The notes below the pieces were generated by a model. It did no database searches. It was given only the letters and a program-made list of their open reading frames with translations, and was not told where the DNA came from. From Thermoanaerobaculia bacterium (GTDB lineage Bacteria > Acidobacteriota > Thermoanaerobaculia > Gp7-AA8), in contig JBIOTX010000044.1 in assembly GCA_044866315.1 (NCBI GenBank), positions 10,596 to 74,595 of the forward strand: DNA of 64,000 nucleotides, given 5' to 3'. This document shows, one piece after another, positions 46,716-56,600 of the stretch; within the stretch, counting starts at the first letter, position 1, and every line of letters begins with the position of its first letter. The position numbers and the translations under genes were made by a program.

Positions 46716-47609
46716 TTACAGTGTCGTCGAGGTCCTCTTGCTTTTACGACGGCGCGCCCTCATATCTTCGGCAATCGGCAACTTTGCATCAGCATCGAGA
46801 ATGAGCTCCGTATCAGTATTTACGATCTTCATGCCGTGCGTAGCCGGTACGAAAACCTCAAAATCTCGATCCATGAACAGCACGCGTTCCCGGCCTTCCA
46901 TCCTGATAACCAGGCGTTTCGGTCTCGTTGGCGACGCCGTGGACTTCGCACGCGAAAACGATAGCTCACCATACGGTGTCTGCACCGAGTCGCTTACACT
47001 GACAAAAAACTCGCCTTTGTGATTCAGCCCGAAAGTCGCCGGCGAGCCCACCGGCTGAAAAGAGATCGCGAACGACTGGGCTAGTAATTCTTTCGGTGGA
47101 GACTGACGCCTTACCACCGCCTGCTCAAATGCCGCGAACTGCGAACAGGTATTGCTCGCGATCTGTGCCAACTCCGCTGCACGCTGGTCACCCGTAAGCT
47201 TCGATTGCGTATCGCCAAGTGCCTGTTGCGCCGCAAGAGTGTCGAGTAACGACTGATGCAATTCCGCGAGGTCGGCCGGGGGCAAAAGGTCCGTCATGCG
47301 TTTCTGCGTATCTCGCCAATACTGATCACCGTTCTCCGATGGCGCGGGGAGTGACACGCTCCGCGTGCCGTACAGCGGGACATTTCTCATTCCACCCGGG
47401 CAGTTCTCACCGTAGCCGCATCGGACATTCGCGTAGCTCACGACAACTCGCTCAGGAGGCTTAACTGAGCACGCCGCCGTGACCACCGGCATGACTTCGC
47501 CATACCACCCTGCCTCCTCTGCCGTCATCCGTTGTTGGACCTGTTGCTGAACACAGGAGAATGCCAGGAGGGATAGTGCGAATGCTGGTTTGAATCCGAT
47601 GGTCTTCAT
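46716..47609 (-). CDS. Putative lipoprotein
   Basis: Lipobox-like MKTIGFKPAFALSLLAFSC. It is the first gene of a three-gene minus-strand cluster of exported proteins. Confidence 0.5.
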   Translation of the reverse strand: MKTIGFKPAFALSLLAFSCVQQQVQQRMTAEEAGWYGEVMPVVTAACSVKPPERVVVSYANVRCGYGENCPGGMRNVPLYGTRSVSLPAPSENGDQYWRDTQKRMTDLLPPADLAELHQSLLDTLAAQQALGDTQSKLTGDQRAAELAQIASNTCSQFAAFEQAVVRRQSPPKELLAQSFAISFQPVGSPATFGLNHKGEFFVSVSDSVQTPYGELSFSRAKSTASPTRPKRLVIRMEGRERVLFMDRDFEVFVPATHGMKIVNTDTELILDADAKLPIAEDMRARRRKSKRTSTTL

Positions 47610-48016
47610 CTTACATCCTCCGTCAAGCTAATCTGCCGTGTCGATCCTTCGCTACCCGAAAAATGCAAGCACGATCACGATAACGGCGGCCACGCCATGT
47701 CCAAGTGTCACCACCACGACTCGCGTTGAGATCTGCCCAAGCTGCGACTGTCCAACGCTGTCTTTTATCGTTACCCTCCCTCGAACCACCGTCGTCGAGG
47801 CGACTGGGTGGTCTCCGTTCCTCACCGCGCAGTTAACAGTCAGCGATGCGTGCTCCGCAACCCTCGGAGATGCCTACCGAACGTGGAACATCACGTTCCT
47901 CATTTGGTTGGACGCTTCGGTTGACTTCGAACGATTGCTGCCGATAATGTGTGACTCACATTCCCCATCAGCTGTCAGCAACTGATGCAACACCAGATGC
48001 ACGAAGGTAATCGTCG

Positions 48017-48994
48017 TTGCGAGTAGTCTGCATTCTCGAAGAACTGCTTCGTGAACACACCGAGTTAGACGACGCAACTCTCGCGTCGCGAATCGGTGTG
48101 GTCGAGAGAACGGCCGCCAAACTCCGCCGGAACGCGCGCAACTGGAGGCTGACCCGCGAGAACCTTGAGAAACTAACGATCCTTGCGTACGAATTCGGCT
48201 ACGAGCACGGGATTTTCGAGATTCGACACCATCCTTTGTGGTCGACGTTCGCAAATTCAAACGTCACCTTGTATCGGGGTGACCAAGTCTCCGATGCCAA
48301 AGTTGAGGCGGATATTCGGGAGTTTCTCAGCCGCATTCATGCCCGACAGCAGATAACGCTTGTCAACGAGGCTACTCCGGCTGTCGCCAAAGCTATCGCC
48401 GATGCAATGCGCGGAACGAATTGCATTTTCATAGGCTCACCACGACATAACCCAGCGACGGAGATTGCACTAGCCCTCCTCTGGTCTGCAAAACCGTTCG
48501 ATTCCAATGCGGCGAACCGCGAAAAGCTGCCGTTTCACATGATTCGGTCCGATGGCGTCCCTGAAACTGCTGTGATCAGTCGTGGTAAACATGCTGGTTT
48601 TGATGTTCGCAGCGTCGACGGTCGCAAGAATTGCCTTGTTCCGGTAAGTTGGCTCGCCGCCGATGAGTACAACAAGTGGAGCGGCGAGGGCAACGACGCC
48701 GCTATGGTTGCCATATGCAGATCGCCGCTCAACTCCGCACGCCCAGTGACCTCCATCGTTATCTGTGGCTACACCGGCTTGGCTACAAAACGCGTTGCAC
48801 ATGAACTCATCGCAGGTGAACCTCCGCTCACGGCGTCCGATCTCGAGCGCGCTGGTGACCCGCGTTTGCTCGGATACTCTTTTGCCTTCAGCAAGCCGCG
48901 CGGGCAGCGTCGCGCCGGGTTCGGCGATCAGCGGAAGTTCATCGAGCGAACCGGGCGCTGGGCGCCACCGTGGGATGAAATTGCGGAGTTTTGA
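48017..48994 (+). CDS. Hypothetical protein with N-terminal HTH-like segment
   Basis: LASRIGVVERTAAKLRRNARNWRLTRENLEKL is HTH-like. The remaining Rossmann-like alternation (NCIFIGSP...IALALLW) is unassigned. Confidence 0.45.
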   Translation: MRVVCILEELLREHTELDDATLASRIGVVERTAAKLRRNARNWRLTRENLEKLTILAYEFGYEHGIFEIRHHPLWSTFANSNVTLYRGDQVSDAKVEADIREFLSRIHARQQITLVNEATPAVAKAIADAMRGTNCIFIGSPRHNPATEIALALLWSAKPFDSNAANREKLPFHMIRSDGVPETAVISRGKHAGFDVRSVDGRKNCLVPVSWLAADEYNKWSGEGNDAAMVAICRSPLNSARPVTSIVICGYTGLATKRVAHELIAGEPPLTASDLERAGDPRLLGYSFAFSKPRGQRRAGFGDQRKFIERTGRWAPPWDEIAEF

Positions 48995-49724
48995 CAACCG
49001 TACGGCTGCTTTCTCTTCCCACAATCTCACCAATGATCGCCCTAATCTGCTGTCGGCATTTCACGGGTAAATATATGGTGAATCAGAGGTTAAGTTACCG
49101 CCGGCCGCTAACTCGACTTACGTCCGACTTACCAGCTGCGAGCACCTCTACCGCGACGTGCTCTCCGGATTCGGCAAGCATTGCGCGGAGGGATTCCTGA
49201 CGCCGCGCACACGGCACCAGCGCGAGAATCGTCCTGAGCGCATTGGACATTCACGCCTTGAAGGTTCCGCTCAAACGTCCGCAGCTTCGGAAGTAGGACG
49301 CTACCCAGCGGCTCGGTTGCGAGGTCGACCTCGACCGCAAGGGCGGCGGCGGTCCTGCGCCGACGGGCCGCCTAACGCGAGAAGATCCGGCAGGACAGAG
49401 AGCGTGCCGCCGAAGAGCCGCGCGACCATCCAGGCGGGCAAGAGCTCGTCCGGTGCGGGCGCTCGCTGCGCGAGCCACACCGCTACGTCCGCGGTTGCGG
49501 TGGTGTGCTGGAAGTCCTATGCCGCTGCAGGCCCGCCAAACGCTCGACGCCGAGGTAGCCCGAGGTCAGCAAGCGCTGCAAGAACCGGGTGACGGCCGGC
49601 TCGGAGACGTCATCGAAGAACCAGCGCTTCACTGCGGACGGATGAGCATGCGGAAGCGCCCGATCGCGGCGAGGACTAGCGAAAAACTTACGCGTGATCC
49701 TGCTGTTTCCTGGCCATCGCGTCT

Positions 49725-52700
49725 TTAGAACTCCAGTCCTTTGTGGAGTGCCGCACGCTCATCCATGCGCCGCGCATGATGGTCGTAGTGGTCGGCAATC
49801 TCATTCACAACTGCAGCCGCCCCCGGCCAACGGGTCGCGAGCGCCGCAGCATGTGCTCGGTATGTCGCAGCGAGTGCCCGCTCCTGTTTTCCTCCGTCCT
49901 CCAGCCCGCGGCTCGTCACGCCGCGGCGGTTGTAGACGCCGATTGTGAACCCGTGGCGGAGGTCGTCGCTTTCGATTTCCTCCAGCACATCGCACACCGC
50001 TGGAGGAGGCCAAGGCGTGCCTCTGGAACCGCGGCCGAGCATCTCACCGATCTCGAGGTCGGCGATCTCTGCGCGATCGGCTGCAGCAGCAAGCGTTCGC
50101 GTTTCGACTACCCACGCCATGAGCCGTGCCGAATCGATTCCATTCTCGCCCCTTCCTGGGATGTGATCCCAAGTGTCGAGGAGCTCGTACGCCGCGCGCG
50201 CTTTGTTTGCCTGCTCCGCGGAAACCTCGACGTCCACGCCTCGTTCGCTTGCCGGCCGGAATATGAGCGAGATCATGTCGATGAACAGCTGCGGTTCATC
50301 TGCAAGTGCGCGATGCAGGAACTTCGGCCGCCGGATGAAGCGGCTCAGCGCCGGGAGATATGCCCACTCCAAAGCCGCGGCGCGACCAGTCGGCAATCGT
50401 CCCGGTTCGGTCACCACGTCCAGCAGTTGGCCAATGTTGTGTCCTTCGATCTGTCCGGGACGATCATCGCCTTCCCCGGGCTGCAGCAAACGCTCGAGGA
50501 CTGCCGCCGCCACTTCTGCATCGAGTGGCCGTTTCCGGCGGTGGTGCGTCGCGAGCACTTCGAGCGCCATGTGCGGTCGTTGGTATGCGAGGAGTTTCTG
50601 CGCGATCCTCTCCGCGCTCGACTCTGTTGCGCTATAGGGCAGCATGCGCCGCCAGTACTCACGCTGGACATGCTCGTCCTGTGCATCGACCAGCGCAAGC
50701 ACTTCATCAACGGGATCGCACATCGCGAGGAGGATCGCCTGCTGGTCGGCGCGCAGCGGCGGATCTGCACGGAGCCACTCTCGCACCCATTTGAGGCTAC
50801 CACGTGCGAGATCCCATGTGACTGACTGCGCCAGTTGCGCTGCGACCGGATCGTCGGAGCTCAAGTGCTCACGAATGAGCGTTTCCTTGATCTCCGGCGA
50901 CAAGTTGATCTTCGCAAACGCATTCCCTACCTCGTACGGAACAGCGACAGTACGCGCGAAATTGAGTACCGCGTCAACGCCACCTCCGTCATAGATGGTC
51001 TGGATGACCTCGTGCTGGAGAGCCGACACAGCCTCTCGCTGTTCGTCGAAGTCGCCGCTCGGCGGGTCAATGAGCTGTGCATGATGCGTAAACAACCAGC
51101 CGAACTGATCTTCCGTTCGCTCCGGCTCGAAGAGCGGCAGCAGCGTCGCAAACTGTTGGACGATATCCCCCGGCAACGCCCACTCCGCATCTTTGAAACT
51201 GCGATGCTGGGCAACCACCTCTCGAAGAGCTTTCCAGAGAACCGTTCGGTCACGGTCGCCTAGTTCTTCGCGAACCGTTTTGACCCTATCGAGGATGAGT
51301 TGTCGCTCATCAGGCGGGAGATTGGGAGCGGCCTCAATGAGTTCGGCAAGGCACGCCGCATTCGTCCCAGCCGCGTTTAGGAGCCGTTGTGTCATTTCGT
51401 GTGCGCTCGTCAGGAGATCACCGGTCGTGGTCGGCACTGCGCCCTCGGCCCACGGTTGCCATTCCGGCTGCGGGTTATGCGGTGCCGTGTCGTATCCCCG
51501 TGGCAGGAGGGTCTTTAGCAGCTTCCACGCGACCTCCGGACATCGCTTTTGAACGATCTCTAACACGGCCAACCGCGTGGTAACGCTCGCTGCAGTCTGC
51601 GGGAACCAGGGCAAGAAAATGTGCCGGAGACTCGCCATGGGGCGATTTGCCATACGGCCTCCCGGATCACGCTCCGCGAGTCGAGCGAGGGCCACAGCGG
51701 CTCGCGCAAGGTGTTCTGGGCTCCATGCGAGCCGCTCGAGCGCCCATAGAAGGCCCGTGTGCGGGGTCGGCGCAGTGAAATTTGTGTCGTCAGGCAGGAA
51801 CAGATGAATGAGCGTCGGATCGCCGCCAGAGAGGCCGGCCTCGACGGCGCTCAGAAAGACCTGCGGCGCCGCTTCGGCAAGGAGGGGCAGGCAGTGCGAG
51901 AGAGCCGCCCAGATTCTCCAGTTGGTGTTCGCGGTCGAGAGCACCTTCCCGACGGTCGTCGCAGCCACATGAGCGCCTGTCACGCTGCCGGCCCGAACAC
52001 GCTTGGCGCCCACCGTGCCGAGAACGGCGAGCGACTCCGCGATGCCTTCGGCCAAGTAGCCAGAGCGCGTGAGTACGTGGTTCGTCAGCGAGGCGCGCCA
52101 TTGCTCATCGCGTGGCAGGTCATACCTCGGGTCAGGTTCGACGAGAACGCGTTCGGCAACCGTGCGAAATCGCGTGAGGTGGTCGTTCGTGACATACGGA
52201 GCGAGTAGTGTCCACGCGTCTTCCTTGGTCGGTAAGAACCATGTCCCATCGACTTCGCGGATTGGCGAATCAGGCTCGTGTAGCCATCGCCGCAGATCTC
52301 CAATGGCTGCATCGTACGGCTTGCCGGTTAGATCTTCGACCGCTGTGCGATCCGCCGTTTTCCCTCCACTCCACGATCCGAGGAGAAGAGACGGTACGAG
52401 CGTTGGTCCGTTGACCGGATCGGACCAGGCTGGACGCTGTGTCTCTGGCCGAACGGCGAGCTTGCGGTAGAAGGCGGCGAAGCTCCTCGCGGCAACCCGC
52501 GCAAGAGTCCGGGCTTCCGTGTCCTTCTTTCCGGCGGCTCTCAGAAACGCTTTGGCAGCGTCACGGTTCAGCCCCTCTAACGGATCGAGAAGATCGCGCG
52601 GCGCGTTGCGTTCCGCCGGCAACAATAGGCGGTGCCGAGCAGCGCGAACGCGTCCAATCTCGATCCCCTGGAACGTCGGGATCAGAATCAGGGGCGACGC

Positions 52701-53519
52701 AGTGGTCGCAAGGTGCCGGACTGATTCCGCATCGTGGACCATGAGTGTTCGTGCGAGAACGTCCTCGTGGTCCGCCTGCGGCAGCGTGAGGAGCGCCGAG
52801 ACGATGATTCCGATCGCTTCATGACGTGTCTCACCGACGACCGCATGCGTTTCTTGGTCACCCGACGCTACGGCCCGAATCGCCGCAACCACAGCATCAC
52901 GGCCCGCAATCAAAAGCTCCGGCTTAAGCGGCGGTTCCGCTGCTGCGGTGTACGCCGCCCAATACCGCTCGAGGTCTTCAGCTCCTGCAGGATGCTTCCC
53001 GAGCAAGTGGGAAATCCAGAAGTGGACCGCAGGCGCAGCTTCGAGCCATTGCTCCAAATCGTCCGCGTCGAGAACGCGGATGCCCTTCCAGATTCCCTCA
53101 GCCGCCTTTTCCCTCGCCCAATCGTATTTCTTCTGCCATCGCCGCGGCGTGACGGCGACGTACACAGTATCTTTGGGGATCACTCCCGCCGGGTTCTTGC
53201 TGCGTTTCGCGTAGTCGGCTTCTGCTTTCGAACGCGGATTCGTGTCCGCGCCCATTTCCCAGACGGACCCACCGGCAGAAACGAATGCCGTCGCCTCGCG
53301 CGCGCGCACGATGCCATCCCATCCTGGCCGTCCAACGCTGTCGCCGCCGGGGAATGCTGCGCGGTCAAGCGTGGGTGTTGTGGCCCGAACAAGACGGCGA
53401 ACGAGAATCGGAAGTGTGGTCTGCGCATCTTTCGTTGCAGCCCACCGGGCTAGATCCGTTGCAGTTGCGAAGGTAAGGAGTGTCATCTGCTTGTCCGTGC
53501 TTCTGTGTGAGGGCGCCAC
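49725..53519 (-). CDS. Large (1264 aa) alpha-helical repeat protein with uncharacterised N-terminal domain
   Basis: N-terminal ~180 aa (TFATATDLARWAA...PGWDGIVRA...GGSVWEMGADTNPRSKAEADYAKRS...IRVLDADDLEQWLEAAP), then more than 1000 aa of HEAT/ARM-like helices. It is divergent from the adjacent NACHT-like gene. Confidence 0.6.
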   Translation of the reverse strand: MAPSHRSTDKQMTLLTFATATDLARWAATKDAQTTLPILVRRLVRATTPTLDRAAFPGGDSVGRPGWDGIVRAREATAFVSAGGSVWEMGADTNPRSKAEADYAKRSKNPAGVIPKDTVYVAVTPRRWQKKYDWAREKAAEGIWKGIRVLDADDLEQWLEAAPAVHFWISHLLGKHPAGAEDLERYWAAYTAAAEPPLKPELLIAGRDAVVAAIRAVASGDQETHAVVGETRHEAIGIIVSALLTLPQADHEDVLARTLMVHDAESVRHLATTASPLILIPTFQGIEIGRVRAARHRLLLPAERNAPRDLLDPLEGLNRDAAKAFLRAAGKKDTEARTLARVAARSFAAFYRKLAVRPETQRPAWSDPVNGPTLVPSLLLGSWSGGKTADRTAVEDLTGKPYDAAIGDLRRWLHEPDSPIREVDGTWFLPTKEDAWTLLAPYVTNDHLTRFRTVAERVLVEPDPRYDLPRDEQWRASLTNHVLTRSGYLAEGIAESLAVLGTVGAKRVRAGSVTGAHVAATTVGKVLSTANTNWRIWAALSHCLPLLAEAAPQVFLSAVEAGLSGGDPTLIHLFLPDDTNFTAPTPHTGLLWALERLAWSPEHLARAAVALARLAERDPGGRMANRPMASLRHIFLPWFPQTAASVTTRLAVLEIVQKRCPEVAWKLLKTLLPRGYDTAPHNPQPEWQPWAEGAVPTTTGDLLTSAHEMTQRLLNAAGTNAACLAELIEAAPNLPPDERQLILDRVKTVREELGDRDRTVLWKALREVVAQHRSFKDAEWALPGDIVQQFATLLPLFEPERTEDQFGWLFTHHAQLIDPPSGDFDEQREAVSALQHEVIQTIYDGGGVDAVLNFARTVAVPYEVGNAFAKINLSPEIKETLIREHLSSDDPVAAQLAQSVTWDLARGSLKWVREWLRADPPLRADQQAILLAMCDPVDEVLALVDAQDEHVQREYWRRMLPYSATESSAERIAQKLLAYQRPHMALEVLATHHRRKRPLDAEVAAAVLERLLQPGEGDDRPGQIEGHNIGQLLDVVTEPGRLPTGRAAALEWAYLPALSRFIRRPKFLHRALADEPQLFIDMISLIFRPASERGVDVEVSAEQANKARAAYELLDTWDHIPGRGENGIDSARLMAWVVETRTLAAAADRAEIADLEIGEMLGRGSRGTPWPPPAVCDVLEEIESDDLRHGFTIGVYNRRGVTSRGLEDGGKQERALAATYRAHAAALATRWPGAAAVVNEIADHYDHHARRMDERAALHKGLEF

Positions 53520-53697
53520 CTAGTCCCCTATCTGATGACGCCGGAAGCCGCTTGTTTTAAAGGTTACGGTTGGCCGAACATTAAGTCGAGTTCATGCTCG
53601 AATTCACGCTCAAGACTTCGCTGATCCACGCGCTGGCCACGGCCGAAGCCGCGTTCGTCCGATTGCGATCCCGCTGTGACTTTCGTAAAACGGTGGC

Positions 53698-56600
53698 ATG
53701 AGCTCTTCATCGAGTGCCGGCGGTGCAGCTGCGGCTGGCGGGACGACGTTTGAAGCGCGCGTCGCCGGGTGGTACGGCGCGCACATGCTGGCCGAAGCCG
53801 GCGCTCCGAGCGTCCCCGGTCACGCTTCCACTGCTCGGGTGCAGTACCTGCGTTGCCAGAGCGGCGAAGCCGTAGACGACATCCTCGTCGGGTTCTCAGA
53901 CGGCGGACATGACTTCGTACAGGCTAAACGGTCGTTGAGCCTCAAGGTCGGCGAAAATTCCGAGCTTGCGAAGGCCCTCGACCAGTGCGTTCGCCAGGTC
54001 GTTGGAAGCCGGGGCGACGACAAGGGTGGGCGACCGTGGGATCGTCCCCTCGATCCTGCGCGCGATCGTTTAGTGCTCGCCGTGGGCGCGTCGAGTTCAA
54101 AGCCGATTCGCGACGATCTTGCGGCTGTGCTCCCGCGGGTACCTGACCTCCGGCCCCAGCAGCCGCTGACCGATGCCGCCCTCACCACAGCGCAGTCGAA
54201 CGCGCTCGCTGTCGTCTCGGATCACGTTCGGCGGAGCTGGAAAGCAGCAACCGGCGTCGATGCAACCGACGACGACCTGCGCACGCTGCTATCACTCCTC
54301 TCCGTCCTAGAGTTCGACGTTGATCCCGGCGGCGCCAACGAGCGCGAGGCGTTGTTGCTGCTCCGCAGTGCCGTCGTGCACGAGCCGACACACGACGCGG
54401 CTGCGTGGCACGTCGTCTGGAGTACGACGGCGCAGTGCGCGCAAGACCAATCGGGCCTTGACCGCCGCGGACTGGAAAAGGCGGTGCGGAACGCTGGCAT
54501 CAGGATGCGCGGCGTTCGGAGCTACGAGCAAGACGTCAACCGGCTCAAGGCGACGTCGATGCAGGCGATGGCGCTCGTTGAGCGCTTCGCCTCCTTCGAG
54601 AGCGGCGGTGCAGTGATCAAGCTTCCGCGCGACGTAAGCGACACAATCGGCACGCTTGCGATGCACCACTCGTTTGCGATCGTGGGCGAGCCGGGCGCCG
54701 GGAAATCTGCGGCGCTGTACGAAGCTGCTGCCGCGCTCGCGCCGAACACCGCGGTCGTGGTTCTCCAAGCGCTCGACGTGGCGTGCCGGAACCTCGCAGA
54801 ACTCCGTCAGCAGCTCGGCCTCGAGCACCACCTCGTTGAGGTGCTCGACAACTGGCGCGATGCCGACGTGGGCGTCCTGTTCATCGATGCCCTCGATGCC
54901 GCCCGGGATGAAGCCTCCGCGCGGACGTTGCGGGATCTTATGGATTTGGTGTTGAAGAAGGCGTCGCGCTGGCGAGTCGTGGCATCTATCCGGTCATTCG
55001 ACCTGAAGCAAGGTACGCACTACCAGCACGTCTTCCATGGATCGCTCGCGGATGTGCCGGCGGAATTTCAGCGGTCTGAATTCGCGCAGGGGCGGCACGT
55101 CTTCGTGCCACGGTTGAGCGATCAGGAACTGGCGGAGCTCGCGACACTCGCGCCGCTCCTTCGTCCGCTCATCGACTCCGCGTCCGGACCGCTGAAAGAC
55201 CTCCTGCGCGTCCCGTTCAACGTCCAGCTGCTCGCGCAGCTCGTGGACGATGGCGCGGAGCTCTCCGCGCTTCAGCCCCTGCGAACGCAGGGCGAGCTCC
55301 TCGACTTGTACTGGTTGCGTCGCGTGCGACGGGACGCGCACGGAGATGCGCGCGAAAGCCTCCTCCGGCGCGTCTGTGAGCAGATGGTCGCCGCGCGGCA
55401 ACTGCGGGTGGACCGCACGAGTTTGTCGCTCGGGTCCACCGAGTCGAGCCTCCTCCACGACCTGTTGTCCGCACACGTCGTGATGGAACTTGACAGCCCG
55501 CACGCACGCGTGTTGACGTTCTCGCATCACGTCCTGTTCGACTACGCTGCGGCGCGACTCCTCCTCCCCGTAGAGCCCGGGGATCTCGCGACCTATCTTG
55601 CGTCTGAGCCTTCGCTCGTCTTCGTGCTCCGGCCGAGTCTCGTGCTCGCGTTTCACGAACGGTGGTGCCACAGCCGAGAGGCCTTTTGGGCGACGACGCT
55701 GCGCCTAATCGCCGACGATCGGATCGAGGCGGTGGGGGAAGTCATCGGTCCGGTGACAGCGGTTGACCTCGCGACGAGCGACGAGGACTGGAATCCCGTC
55801 TTTGAGGCGCTCGCAGGTGCCAATCCTAGTATGCAGGCTGCGGCGGCGAAGGCGTTGCAGTACGTCGTTGGCTCGCTCCTCGCGGGGAGCCTGAGGCCGA
55901 CGGTCGGCGCAGATGCGGCTCCGTGGGCGGCGCTCGCGGAACGCATCGCCGCATCCCTACGGCCGGACCTCACGGGCGCGCTTCGAGTGCTGCTGTACCA
56001 GCTTACCGAGAAGGATGGTGAGATGACGCCCGAGGAGCGTGCCAGCGCCGGCCGTGCGGCACGCCTGCTGTTGCAGTACGCAGAACGCGAGCTGCCGAAC
56101 AACCGGAACCTCGTCAACGCGAGCATCGTGTTCGTTGCTCGCACGATTGCGACTGCCCCTTCGGCGTCGACGCTGCTCCTGCGGCGTTCCTTGGAGCCTG
56201 ATCGTGTGCAACAGTTCGGCTATCACGAACTGCCGGCGCTCGCGCGCGAAGTGCAGCACCTCATGGCGGATCCAGCTTTCGTAGCGGATCTCTACGTAGC
56301 CACCTTCTCGTTCACGGAGAAATCGAAGGAAACGACGGCAATCGGCAGGAGCGCGATCCTCCCGTTGAGTTCGAACCGTGCTCAGGACTACGAAGGAGCG
56401 TACTACGCACTCGCGGAAGCGTTCCCCGCGTTCTTCGAAGCGTCGCCGGTTCACGCTACGGGCGCGCTAGTCCGTGCCATCGATGCGTTCATTCAGGAGG
56501 AGCACCCACCCGCGTCGGGCATCATCGAGGAGGAGACGTTCACAGTTGGCGAGGCGCCTGTCCGCCTCCGAACCGACTACAGCGAGATTTGGGACAAGAC

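Noticed and set aside
49743-53453. Plus-strand ORFs 49743..50825 and 52734..53453
   Set aside because: Both are antisense to the continuous 1264-codon minus-strand gene and have Arg/Cys-rich low-complexity translations.
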